A stretch of DNA of 20,744 nt from a bacterium (GTDB lineage Bacteria > Zhuqueibacterota > Zhuqueibacteria > Oceanimicrobiales > Oceanimicrobiaceae). The notes below the pieces were generated by a model. The model saw only the letters and a list, made by a program, of their open reading frames with translations. It was not told the DNA's origin and did not search any database. Below are positions 11,193-19,980 of this stretch, piece by piece; the stretch's first letter is position 1; the number at the start of each line of letters is the position of its first letter. The stretch covers positions 1 to 20,744 of the forward strand of contig JBHHXT010000076.1 of the NCBI GenBank assembly GCA_046757165.1, in the 5' to 3' direction. Made by a program: the position numbers and the translations under genes.

Positions 11193-11738
11193 ATGACGAA
11201 AACCGAACGCGCAGAACTCTACGGTCTGATGGCCGAATTCGATAACCCGCACGAGCTGATCGATGCTTGTCGCAAAGCCCACGCCGCCGGCTTTCAAAGA
11301 ATGGATGCCTACACCCCGTTTCCGGTGGAAGAATTGCCTGAAGCGGTCGGGTTCAAGAAACCAAAACTGCCGCGGATCGTGCTGATCGGAGCGCTGGTCG
11401 GTATGACGTTGGGATTCGGGATGCAGTATTTTGCCTCCGCGATTCACTATCCGCTCAACATCGGCGGCCGGCCGTTGAATAGCTGGCCGGCGTTTATTCC
11501 GATCACGTTCGAGCTGACGATTTTGGTCGCCGCGTTTTCGGCCGTGCTCGGCATGTTTGCCCTCAACGGGCTGCCGCAGCCGTACCACCCGGTGTTCAAC
11601 GTGCCGCGCTTCAAACTGGCCTCCCGGGACCGGTTCTTCTTGTGCATCGAGAGCGAGGATGCGAAGTTTGATGTTGCTGAAACGAAAGAATTCTTGCAGG
11701 GTCTGAAGCCGAGGGAAATATTTGAGGTAGAGCCGTGA
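11193..11738 (+). CDS. actD: Alternative complex III subunit ActD (DUF3341)
   Basis: YGLMAEF, DAYTPFPV, GGRPLNSWPAFIPITFELTIL, two TM helices, GAGGA SD. Confidence 0.93.
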   Translation: MTKTERAELYGLMAEFDNPHELIDACRKAHAAGFQRMDAYTPFPVEELPEAVGFKKPKLPRIVLIGALVGMTLGFGMQYFASAIHYPLNIGGRPLNSWPAFIPITFELTILVAAFSAVLGMFALNGLPQPYHPVFNVPRFKLASRDRFFLCIESEDAKFDVAETKEFLQGLKPREIFEVEP

Positions 11739-11761
11739 TTCTCACAAGCACGCACTCAGGA

Positions 11762-11889
11762 CCTGACGACTTCTTTTCTGTCACTTTTTGGCAAGCCCCG
11801 ACTGTCCAAATTGTATTCCCAAAATGACTGTCGGGGCAAGACTTTCTGTGGCCCGGTTTTCTTCGAATTTTGAGATCAATTTCCGGCTT
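11762..11889. repeat. Dispersed repeat copy A with nested 45-bp palindromic insertion
   Basis: Aligns to 18950-19040 once 11796-11840 is removed. The insert is bounded by a GGCAAG direct repeat. Confidence 0.7.
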
Positions 11890-11910
11890 AGCAAAAGGTA
11901 CGCAAGAAAA

Positions 11911-11950
11911 TGGAAGGTAGAAAGTGGAGACTGGAAGATGGGAGACGGAG
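11911..11950 (+). repeat. Degenerate heptamer tandem array (TGGARRN x5)
   Basis: tggaagg tagaaag tggagac tggaaga tgggaga cggag. Confidence 0.6.
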
Positions 11951-12110
11951 TGGCAGGGGATGGGAGACCGGAAATCCGGTCGGGAACCGGCACAGATCTC
12001 ATTCCACCCCGGTGCCGGAATCTCCTGACGAGGGGCGCCTGTTCGAGCGCATCCCGGCAGTCGCTGGGGACACAGGACGGTGCGACCGTCTTTATCGGGA
12101 AAAAACGCCG

Positions 12111-12692
12111 GTGTCGAACAGGAAGCTGCGGTGGGGGCTTCTCATCTGCCTGTCATGGATGGTCATCACCACGGCGTGCCGGCAAGACATGCACGACCAG
12201 CCGCGCTTCGAGCCGCTGGAGCAGAATAGTTTCTTTGGCGACAACCGCGCTTCCCGCCCTTTGGTGGCCGGCACGGTGCCGCGCGGCTATTTACGTATCG
12301 ATGACCACCTGTATGAAGGCAAGCAAAACGGCGAGCTGGTCAACACCTTCCCGTTTCCGATTACGAAGGAAATCCTCGCGCGCGGCAGAGAGCGCTATGA
12401 TATTTTTTGCTCGCCCTGCCATGACAAAACAGGCAGCGGCCAGGGCATGATTGTGCAACGCGGATTCCGGGCGCCGCCGTCTTTTCACCTGCCGCGGTTG
12501 CGCAATTCGCCGGTGGGCCATTTTTACGATGTAATCACCAACGGGCTGGGCGCGATGTACGATTACCGCGAGCGCATCAAGCCGAAGGACCGGTGGGCCA
12601 TCGTGGCCTACGTTCGCGCCCTGCAGTTGAGCCAAAGGGTAACTATTGATGAAGCGCCGGCAGATATCCGGCAACAATTGCTGGGAAATTGA
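12111..12692 (+). CDS. actE: Alternative complex III monoheme cytochrome c lipoprotein ActE
   Basis: Lipoprotein-like signal (RKLRWGLLICLSWMVITTA-C-RQDMHDQP), single CSPCH heme motif, distal Met (GAMY), DRWAIVAYVRALQ. Start chosen at GTG 12111 but uncertain, since the frame is open from ATG 11910. Confidence 0.88.
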   Translation: MSNRKLRWGLLICLSWMVITTACRQDMHDQPRFEPLEQNSFFGDNRASRPLVAGTVPRGYLRIDDHLYEGKQNGELVNTFPFPITKEILARGRERYDIFCSPCHDKTGSGQGMIVQRGFRAPPSFHLPRLRNSPVGHFYDVITNGLGAMYDYRERIKPKDRWAIVAYVRALQLSQRVTIDEAPADIRQQLLGN

Positions 12693-12695
12693 AGC

Positions 12696-13868
12696 ATGGA
12701 CCCTATCGAAGCCTTGAGACCCCAACTCAATCGGATTCAAAAGCGTGCGCTGCTGGTGGGTGGTGTCGCCCTGCTTGGCTGCCTGGTTGGCGGTTTCGCC
12801 ACTCCGGAGCAGTTCTTCCAGTCCTACTTGTTCGGCTACATGTTCTGGATCGGGCTCGCGCTTGGCAGTCTGGCCATCATATCGTTGCACCATTTGGTTG
12901 GCGGCGGGTGGGGATTTGTCATCCAGCGCATCCTCGAATCCGCATCCCGAACCCTGCCATTGATGGCTCTGCTGTTCGTTCCCATTCTGTTCGGCATGAA
13001 AGAGCTTTACCTGTGGGCACGGCCGGAGGCCGTGGCGGGTGACGCGATTTTGCAGCACAAGGAAGCCTATTTGAACCAGCCGTTTTTCTGGTTGCGAGCC
13101 ACCTTTTTTTTCCTGGTCTGGTTTGGATTTATTTACTTCTTGAACAGGTGGTCGGTAGAGCAGGACCGCACCGGCAACCCTTCTCTGAGCAACAAGATGC
13201 AGAAAATCAGCGGTCCGAGTATCATTTTCTACGTGCTCACGATGACGTTCGCGGCGATCGATTGGGTCATGTCGCTGGATCCGCACTGGTTTTCGACCAT
13301 TTTCGGATTTGTCTTTGTCATCGGACAGGTGCTGTTGACCATGGCGTTCGCCACGCTCGTGGCAGCGAAATTGTCGGGAGAACAGCCTCTTTCAGAGGTC
13401 ATTGAAAAGAAACATTTTCACGACCTGGGCAATTTGATGCTGGCCTTTATCGCCCTGTGGGCTTACATCAATGTGTCGCAATTCTTGATCATCTGGTCGG
13501 GCAATTTGCCCGAGGAGATTCCCTGGTACATCCACCGGATGCACGGTGGCTGGCAATGGCTTGCCGTTGGCGTGGTGATTTTTCATTTTGTTGTCCCCTT
13601 TGCCTTGCTTTTGTCGCGGCGCAACAAGCGCAGCTTCCAAATCTTGTCCTGGATCGCCGTGGCCGTCATCGTCATGCGCTTCTTCGACCTGTTCTGGATT
13701 GTCGCTCCGAACTTTCACGAGCACGGCATCCACTTGCACTGGCTTGATTTTGCCGCGCCGGTGGCCATCGGCGGACTCTGGATTGCCGCCTTTATCTGGC
13801 AGCTCAAAGGCCGGGCGTTGCTGCCGCTCCGCGATCCCAGGTTTAGAGAGGCGTTTCAGCATGAGTGA
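12696..13868 (+). CDS. actF: Alternative complex III membrane subunit ActF
   Basis: Multi-TM. DWVMSLDPHWFSTIFG, HDLGNLMLAF, SQFLIIWSGNLPEE. Confidence 0.93.
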   Translation: MDPIEALRPQLNRIQKRALLVGGVALLGCLVGGFATPEQFFQSYLFGYMFWIGLALGSLAIISLHHLVGGGWGFVIQRILESASRTLPLMALLFVPILFGMKELYLWARPEAVAGDAILQHKEAYLNQPFFWLRATFFFLVWFGFIYFLNRWSVEQDRTGNPSLSNKMQKISGPSIIFYVLTMTFAAIDWVMSLDPHWFSTIFGFVFVIGQVLLTMAFATLVAAKLSGEQPLSEVIEKKHFHDLGNLMLAFIALWAYINVSQFLIIWSGNLPEEIPWYIHRMHGGWQWLAVGVVIFHFVVPFALLLSRRNKRSFQILSWIAVAVIVMRFFDLFWIVAPNFHEHGIHLHWLDFAAPVAIGGLWIAAFIWQLKGRALLPLRDPRFREAFQHE

Positions 13869-14412
13869 AAAAACAAACCCAAAACACAAAAGTCCGGGGT
13901 ATGAAACGAGCGATGCCCGAATTGGTCCGATCTTGATGTCCATCATCGCTCTGTTCGCTTTGCTGGCGGTGGCCTTCGTTTCGATGTACAGCTTGTATGG
14001 ATTTTTCAAGCGGACGAACGAGGAAGCGGCCGCGCCGCGCTCGCCGCTGGCTTTGGAGCGACCCCTGCCCCCGGAGCCAAGACTGCAAGTCCATCCCGAG
14101 ATGGACTGGCAAACCTTCCGCGCCCGGCAGGATTCCATCCTCAACAACGTCGGTTGGGTCTCCAGAGAAGCGGGCATCGTTCGCCTCCCGATTGAGAGAG
14201 CGATGGAGATGGTGTTGCAACGCGGCTTTCCGGTGCGGGAGCAGGCCGGGAAGGAAGATGAAGGAGAATGGAAAAGAGAAGAAGAGCAAGGCGTGAAAAT
14301 GCATCATAGAGGAGAGGTCGAGGGGAAGAGGCAGTTCGAGGATGAAAAGGAGCAACAGGTGGAACGGGAAATCGAGGAAGAACGGGAAATAGAAGATCGA
14401 GGGCAGCGATGA
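13861..14412 (+). CDS. ACIII-operon single-pass membrane protein (ActG-like) with charged low-complexity C-terminal tail
   Basis: ATG overlaps the actF end. GYETSD, TM helix, PPEPRLQ, GWV..RLPIERAM motifs as seen in genes between actF and sco. Confidence 0.75.
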   Translation: MSEKTNPKHKSPGYETSDARIGPILMSIIALFALLAVAFVSMYSLYGFFKRTNEEAAAPRSPLALERPLPPEPRLQVHPEMDWQTFRARQDSILNNVGWVSREAGIVRLPIERAMEMVLQRGFPVREQAGKEDEGEWKREEEQGVKMHHRGEVEGKRQFEDEKEQQVEREIEEEREIEDRGQR

Positions 14413-15251
14413 GACCTTTTCCATCTTCCATCTTTCATCTTTCATTTTCTTGCCTGGCGATTCTCTGTTCGCTGAGCATGGTGAGCGCGCAAGGTTTGAC
14501 CTCGAACACAGGCCCGGATGTCCTCGAGCAGGTTGGGATTGACCAGAAGCTGGATGAGCAAGTCCCCTTGCACCTGATGTTTCGGGACGAAAGCGGCCAG
14601 GAGGTGGAGCTGGCTGAGTACTTTGGCCAGCGGCCTGTGGTTCTGTCGTTGGTCTACTACGAGTGCCCGATGCTCTGCACGATGATCCTGAACGGCCTGC
14701 TGAAATGCATCAATGTGCTGGAGTTCGATGTCGGCGAAGAATTTGAAATCGTCACAGTTAGCTTCGACCCCAAAGAAACCCCGGATATGGCGGCAAAAAA
14801 GAAAGAGAGCTACCTGGCACAGTACGGTCGCAAAGGGGCGGAGGCGGGTTGGCATTTCTTGACCGGCGACGAAGCCTCCATCAAGCAGCTCACCGATGCG
14901 GTCGGATTTCGGTACGTGTATGATGCCGCCCGCGACGAGTATGTGCACGCCAGCGGCATCATGGTGCTCACGCCCGGAGGCAAGCTGTCGCGCTACGCAT
15001 ACGGCATCGAGTACTCGCCGCGCGATCTCAAACTGGCCGTGATGGAGGCGTCTGACAACAAGATCGGCTCGCTGGCGGACCAGGTGCTGCTTTTTTGCTA
15101 TCACTATGATCCGACCACCGGGAAATACGGCGTCGCCATCATGAACATCATTCGCGTTGTCGGCCTTTTGACCATTCTTGCTTTAGGGACATTTGTGACA
15201 GTGAGTCTTCGCCGCGACCGGCAAGGCAAAAAACACGTAGAGACCATCTAA
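14409..15251 (+). CDS. sco: SCO1/SenC family copper chaperone
   Basis: Signal peptide, YYECPMLC (CxxxC), GWHFLTG, conserved His (YVHASG), C-terminal TM helix. Confidence 0.93.
   Translation: MRPFPSSIFHLSFSCLAILCSLSMVSAQGLTSNTGPDVLEQVGIDQKLDEQVPLHLMFRDESGQEVELAEYFGQRPVVLSLVYYECPMLCTMILNGLLKCINVLEFDVGEEFEIVTVSFDPKETPDMAAKKKESYLAQYGRKGAEAGWHFLTGDEASIKQLTDAVGFRYVYDAARDEYVHASGIMVLTPGGKLSRYAYGIEYSPRDLKLAVMEASDNKIGSLADQVLLFCYHYDPTTGKYGVAIMNIIRVVGLLTILALGTFVTVSLRRDRQGKKHVETI
14417..14444 (-). repeat. Heptamer tandem array (TGRAAGA x4 on the minus strand) inside the sco 5' end
   Basis: ttttcca tcttcca tctttca tctttca on the plus strand. Confidence 0.6.
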
Positions 15252-15269
15252 CAACGAGAGATTGGGTTG

Positions 15270-16211
15270 ATGAACAAAAGTTTTGGTTTTTTCCCGGAAC
15301 AAGCCTCGACGCTGGCCGGCAAAGTCGATTTGATCTACTTCTTTCTGGTTGCGGTTAGCCTCTTTTTTGCCGGCCTGATCTTTTTCCTGATCTATCTCTT
15401 CGCGGTCAAATACCGCCGGCGCTCTGAAGAGGATGTTCCCAAAGAAATCTCCGGACTGCTAAAGCTCGAGATCTTGTGGTCTGTCGTGCCGCTCCTGCTG
15501 ACGATGGTGGCCTTTGCCTGGGGCGCAACGCTGTATTTCGACACTTACAATCCTCCTGCGAACGCTCTGGAGATGTACGTGGTCGGCAAACAGTGGATGT
15601 GGCACATCCAGCACCCGACCGGGCAGCGCGAGATCAATCAATTGCACGTGCCCGTCGGCGAGCCGATCAAATTGACCATGGCGAGCGAGGATGTGATTCA
15701 CAGCTTTTATATCCCGGCCTTTCGTTTGAAGAAAGATGTCGTTCCCGGGCGTTATGCAACCATGTGGTTCCAGGCGACCAAGCCGGGAGAATACCATTTG
15801 TTCTGCGCCGAGTATTGCGGCACCAAACATTCACAGATGATCGGCAGCGTCGTCGTGATGGAGCCTGCTGATTATCAGAATTGGTTGAGCGGGGGCAAGG
15901 CCAGCGAGCCGCTGGAGGTGACCGGCGAGAAAAGATTCCAGCAGCTCGCCTGCCACACCTGCCATGCCGACAAACCCAATGCGCGCGGGCCGTCGCTGGC
16001 CGGAATTTTCGGTGAAGCGGTGCAATTGCAGAATGGCGCGACTGTCATCGTCGATGAGGCGTACATCCGGGAGTCGATCCTGGAACCGAATGCCAGGATC
16101 GCTGCCGGATACAAACCGGTCATGCCGACATTCAAAGGCCAGATCAGTGAACTCGGGGTGCTGCAGATTACGGCTTATATCAAATCCTTAGCAAAGGTTG
16201 GGAGCAAATAA
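15270..16211 (+). CDS. coxB: Cytochrome c oxidase subunit II with fused C-terminal cytochrome c (caa3-like)
   Basis: Two TM helices, KQWMW, DVIHSF, CuA motif CAEYCGTKHSQM, and C-terminal CHTCH plus distal Met (VMP). Confidence 0.95.
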   Translation: MNKSFGFFPEQASTLAGKVDLIYFFLVAVSLFFAGLIFFLIYLFAVKYRRRSEEDVPKEISGLLKLEILWSVVPLLLTMVAFAWGATLYFDTYNPPANALEMYVVGKQWMWHIQHPTGQREINQLHVPVGEPIKLTMASEDVIHSFYIPAFRLKKDVVPGRYATMWFQATKPGEYHLFCAEYCGTKHSQMIGSVVVMEPADYQNWLSGGKASEPLEVTGEKRFQQLACHTCHADKPNARGPSLAGIFGEAVQLQNGATVIVDEAYIRESILEPNARIAAGYKPVMPTFKGQISELGVLQITAYIKSLAKVGSK

Positions 16212-16214
16212 CCA

Positions 16215-17867
16215 ATGAGCACTGCTGTTTTCAAACCGCGCCAAAGCCAACTGGCAGACCAAAACAACGGCTCGACCCGGAGCTATCTGACCGCCGGATT
16301 CAGCGCAAAATCCTGGCTGCTGACCGTCGATCATAAGAGAATTGCCATCCTCTACTTGCTTTCGATCACGCTCTTCTTCTTTCTGGGGGGCTTGTTTGCC
16401 GTCCTGATTCGCCTGGAGTTGCTGACGCCACACGCCAGCCTGATGCAGTCGGAGACCTACAACAAAATGTTCACCATGCACGGCGTCATCATGATCTTCT
16501 TCTTCCTCATTCCTGCGACACCGGCCGTGTTTGGCAATTTCCTGATTCCGCTGATGATTGGCGCCAGGGATCTGGCGTTTCCGCGCATCAACTTGCTGAG
16601 CTGGTACCTCTACACCATCGGCGGGCTGCTCGCGATCTCGGCGATCGTCTTTGGTGGCGTCGACACCGGGTGGACGTTCTACACGCCGTATAGCAGCACT
16701 TACGCCAACAGCAATGTCATTCTGGCGGCACTGGGCGCGTTTGTCGCCGGGTTTGCATCGATCTTGACCGGTCTCAATTTCATCGTCACGATTCACAAGA
16801 TGCGTGCGCCGGGCCTGACGTGGTTTCGCTTGCCGCTCTTTGTTTGGGCACATTATGCCACCAGCATCATGCAGGTTTTGGGAACGCCGGTCGTGGCCGT
16901 CACCATCGTCCTGGTCGCCCTGGAGCGACTCTTCAAGATCGGTATTTTCAATCCGGAGCTTGGCGGCGATCCCATTCTGTTCCAGCACCTCTTCTGGTTC
17001 TACTCCCACCCGGCGGTTTACATCATGATCTTGCCGGCAATGGGCGTGATCAGCGAGGTGATTACCTGCTTTGCGAAGAAGAAGGTCTTCGGGTACAATT
17101 TTATCGCCTATTCGAGCCTGGCCATTGCGCTCCTGGGGTTCCTGGTGTGGGGACATCACATGTACACAAGCGGACAGTCGACCTATGCCAGCCTGGTCTT
17201 CTCGGTTCTGACTTTCCTGGTCGCGATCCCGTCGGCGATCAAGGTGTTCAATTGGACCAGTACGCTCTACAAAGGGTCGGTCTCCTACGATGCGCCGATG
17301 CTCTATGCCATCGGCTTCATCGGTCTCTTTACCATCGGCGGCCTGACCGGGGTCTTTCTGGCCACCCTGGCCGTGGACATCCATGTGCACGACACCTATT
17401 TTATCGTGGCGCATTTTCATTATATCATGGTCGGTGGTGCCATTATGGCTTACATGGCGGCCATGCACTTCTGGTGGCCGAAGATAACCGGTCGGCTCTA
17501 CCCGGAAGGGTGGGCCCGGTTTTCCGCTCTGGTGGTTTTTGTCGGCTTCCACCTGACTTTTTTTCCGCAATTCATCGTCGGTTACCTCGGCATGCCGCGC
17601 CGGTATCATGTTTACCCGGAGGAGTTCCAGATCTGGAACGTTTTGTCCAGCGCCGGCGCGACGATTCTCGGCCTGGGCTATCTCATCCCGCTGATTTATT
17701 TTCTCTGGTCGCTGAGATATGGACCAAAGGCGAGCGCCAATCCGTGGAACGCCAAGGGATTGGAATGGGAGCGGGCCTCTTCACCGCCGACGACACACAA
17801 CTTCGAGCAAACCCCCATGGTCATCGAGGATGCCTACGAATATGAACCAAAGATCTGGATAAAATAG
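16215..17867 (+). CDS. coxA: Cytochrome c oxidase subunit I, type A2
   Basis: [20 protein letters not shown] (YS motif marks A2), [23 protein letters not shown]-channel Asp ([11 protein letters not shown]) and K-channel Lys (AIKVFNW) present. Confidence 0.97.
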   Translation: MSTAVFKPRQSQLADQNNGSTRSYLTAGFSAKSWLLTVDHKRIAILYLLSITLFFFLGGLFAVLIRLELLTPHASLMQSETYNKMFTMHGVIMIFFFLIPATPAVFGNFLIPLMIGARDLAFPRINLLSWYLYTIGGLLAISAIVFGGVDTGWTFYTPYSSTYANSNVILAALGAFVAGFASILTGLNFIVTIHKMRAPGLTWFRLPLFVWAHYATSIMQVLGTPVVAVTIVLVALERLFKIGIFNPELGGDPILFQHLFWFYSHPAVYIMILPAMGVISEVITCFAKKKVFGYNFIAYSSLAIALLGFLVWGHHMYTSGQSTYASLVFSVLTFLVAIPSAIKVFNWTSTLYKGSVSYDAPMLYAIGFIGLFTIGGLTGVFLATLAVDIHVHDTYFIVAHFHYIMVGGAIMAYMAAMHFWWPKITGRLYPEGWARFSALVVFVGFHLTFFPQFIVGYLGMPRRYHVYPEEFQIWNVLSSAGATILGLGYLIPLIYFLWSLRYGPKASANPWNAKGLEWERASSPPTTHNFEQTPMVIEDAYEYEPKIWIK

Positions 17868-18512
17868 ATGGCTACAAAGAACGTCGCTCTGCAACATCAT
17901 TTCGAAGATCTCGAACAGCAGTTTGAAGCCTCAAGCCTGGGAATGTGGACGTTCCTGGTGCAGGAGATTCTTTTCTTCGGCGGGTTGTTCGCCGGCTACC
18001 TGGTTTATCGAACCATGTACCCGGAAGCGTTCCACATCGGCAGCGCCAGTTTGGATGTTTTGCTCGGCGGCATCAACACCGCCGTGCTCATTTGCAGCAG
18101 CCTGACCATGGCGTTGGCCGTCTATTGGGCGAAGCAGGGGGACAAACGCAGAATCATTCTGTTCATGGTTCTGACCCTCGCCCTGGGGTGTACCTTCCTG
18201 GGCATCAAGGTCGTCGAGTATGCCCACAAAGTGCACGCCGGGTTGGTGCCCGGAACTATGTTTGCTTATGACGGCCCGATGGCCGGCCAGGTGCGCATCT
18301 TCTTCTCTTTCTACTTTAGCATGACCGGCATGCACGCGCTCCACATGGTCGTGGGCGCAGGTCTGCTGATCTGGCTCATCATTCAAACGGCAAAAGGACG
18401 ATACACGGCTGAATACAACACGCCGGTCGAGATGTTCGGCCTGTATTGGCATTTTGTTGATATCGTTTGGATTTATCTGTTCCCGTTACTCTATTTGGTA
18501 GGGAGGTCCTGA
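17868..18512 (+). CDS. coxC: Cytochrome c oxidase subunit III (short form)
   Basis: LGMWTFLVQEILFFGGLF, MTGMHALH, GLYWHFVDIVWI. Confidence 0.95.
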   Translation: MATKNVALQHHFEDLEQQFEASSLGMWTFLVQEILFFGGLFAGYLVYRTMYPEAFHIGSASLDVLLGGINTAVLICSSLTMALAVYWAKQGDKRRIILFMVLTLALGCTFLGIKVVEYAHKVHAGLVPGTMFAYDGPMAGQVRIFFSFYFSMTGMHALHMVVGAGLLIWLIIQTAKGRYTAEYNTPVEMFGLYWHFVDIVWIYLFPLLYLVGRS

Positions 18513-18814
18513 TGGCGCAGCATACGATTCCCCCTCGCGTCTACTATTCTATCTTTCTGGCCCTCATGGTGTTGACGGTCACGACGGTCTGGGTCGCGTT
18601 CCTCGATCTCGGTGTCTTCAATAATGTGGTCGCGCTCGGCATCGCCTCGACAAAAGCAACGCTGGTGCTCCTTTTCTTCATGCATCTGAAGTATAGCAGC
18701 AAGCTGACGTGGGTTTTTGTCCTCAGCGGCTTTTTTTTCCTGGGGGTTTTGTTGACGATTACGGTAAGTGATGTTCTAACCCGCGGGTGGGATGTCCTGG
18801 CCAGCGGGTGGTAG
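18512..18814 (+). CDS. coxD: Cytochrome c oxidase subunit IV (caa3-type CtaF-like)
   Basis: GGAGG SD, TGATG overlap with coxC, three TM helices, KATLVLLFFMHLKYS. Confidence 0.92.
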   Translation: MAQHTIPPRVYYSIFLALMVLTVTTVWVAFLDLGVFNNVVALGIASTKATLVLLFFMHLKYSSKLTWVFVLSGFFFLGVLLTITVSDVLTRGWDVLASGW

Positions 18815-18832
18815 GGCAGCGTTCAATTTGAC

Positions 18833-18947
18833 AACCCCAGCCGGATTCTTAGGGGTGCAGGTTCGATTTTACGCAGCAGCAAGATTCCACCCCTACGGGG
18901 TTCGCGAACAAAAGAAAGCGACGTTTTGCAACCAATAACCCCGTTAG
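18833..18947. repeat. REP-like palindrome cluster (AACCCC..TAGGGGTG / CACCCCTACGGGGTT)
   Basis: TAGGGGTG 18850-18857 pairs with CACCCCTA 18888-18895. AACCCC 18833-18838 pairs with GGGGTT 18897-18902. Partial third unit AACCCCGTTAG at 18937-18947. Confidence 0.6.
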
Positions 18948-18949
18948 TC

Positions 18950-19040
18950 CCTGACCAGTCAAGTTGTGTCATTTTTTGGCAAGACTTCTTGTGATTCAGT
19001 TTTTTTCGATTTTCGAGTTTAGGATTTCGAATTTCCGGTT
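18950..19040. repeat. Dispersed repeat copy B (insertion-free allele of 11762-11889)
   Basis: CCTGAC-N11-TGTCA(C/T)TTTTTGGCAAGACTT..TGTG..TTCGA..GAG..AATTTCCGG shared with copy A. Confidence 0.7.
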
Positions 19041-19126
19041 GTTGAATCCCGCGCCTTCTGCGGGGCTTGTCCGGTTTAGGGGTGAAATATGATGAGAATT
19101 CATTTGCGTAAAATGAAACCGGCACC

Positions 19127-19144
19127 CGTTTTCGGTCAATCACT
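19127..19144. repeat. Solo terminus of the actC-actD element
   Basis: CGTTTTCGGTCAATCACT is identical (18/18) to 11058-11075. Confidence 0.75.
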
Positions 19145-19146
19145 GG

Positions 19147-19776
19147 TTAGTTGCCGCTTACCGGCTCGGAGCTCGCCCAGAACGTACCGACCACATGGGT
19201 GCTGTCCCTGGAGGTCACGGACAGGCTACCCTGAGTAAACACGACGCCGACCTCCGAAACCTGCACCAGATCCTTTTCCCCGGCCCAAAAATCATCGATA
19301 TCCACGCCCTTCAGGAAGACGCCGGTAAACGGAGCCAGCGGTCCAATCCCATATACCCCCGGGGTCAGAGTTTCAATGGGACCGGAGTTGGCATTGGAGC
19401 CGACGATCAAAGCCTCGGCCTTGCCATCGCCGGTCGGGTGAAAGCCAATCAGGGTGAACCCATCCGTAAAGCCGCCCAGGACCTCGTCCAGCACTCTCAG
19501 CAACCGCCCGCCTGCTCCACCGCTTTCCCTTTGATTCTCCTGCAACGCCCCTGACGCCGAAAAGGTGCCTGTGACATCGCCGTCATAAGTGAACGCAATC
19601 GTCCCCGAGCCCAGGTCCGTACTCGTTTCGGGCATGGCATCGATCTCAAACTGGCCATCTGCAATTCTAATGAGCGGCTGCGATTGCTCGCCTTGCATCA
19701 GGTCATCGTCACTACCACAACCCGGAATCACAAGTAGAAAAAACGGGATTGAAAAACAGAGAATGACTTTACTCAT
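19147..19776 (-). CDS. Hypothetical lipoprotein, 209 aa
   Basis: MSKVILCFSIPFFLLVIPG-C-GSDDD lipoprotein-like signal from ATG 19776. Gly/Thr/acidic beta-rich mature part. Confidence 0.78.
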   Translation of the reverse strand: MSKVILCFSIPFFLLVIPGCGSDDDLMQGEQSQPLIRIADGQFEIDAMPETSTDLGSGTIAFTYDGDVTGTFSASGALQENQRESGGAGGRLLRVLDEVLGGFTDGFTLIGFHPTGDGKAEALIVGSNANSGPIETLTPGVYGIGPLAPFTGVFLKGVDIDDFWAGEKDLVQVSEVGVVFTQGSLSVTSRDSTHVVGTFWASSEPVSGN

Positions 19777-19980
19777 CGATTCGATCCTGTGAATGCACCG
19801 ACGACAAGAATATTGTTTGCTTGATGTCCCTCTTCCGCGATTGGCATTTAGCTGTTGCTGTTTTTGGGGGCGGGCCATTGGTTGTTGTGCTGCGTGTGTC
19901 GATACCCTTCAAACATTGCCGCACCGTGCTGTCGAGCGTTGGCGTCAAGCTCAGCCAACAGCCAATTACTGCTTGATAGC

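Noticed and set aside
13588..13860. N-terminal extension of the ActG-like ORF in the track
   Set aside because: Overlaps actF in another frame. ATG 13861 gives a normal coupled start.
18823..19143. 106-aa minus-strand ORF (also 10882-11070, 11781-12002)
   Set aside because: Translations of repeat DNA, e.g. EIRNPKLENRK from heptamers. No coding evidence.
10869..19146. CRISPR array, tRNA, riboswitch or autonomous IS in the intergenic gaps
   Set aside because: No regularly spaced identical repeats, cloverleaf, recognisable aptamer or transposase ORF seen by eye. An Rfam scan was not possible.
19777..19878. Longer start for the lipoprotein (also 4505-4561, 18467-18511, 20629-20658 for other genes)
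   Set aside because: Downstream ATGs have better SD sequences or place signal peptides and domain starts correctly.
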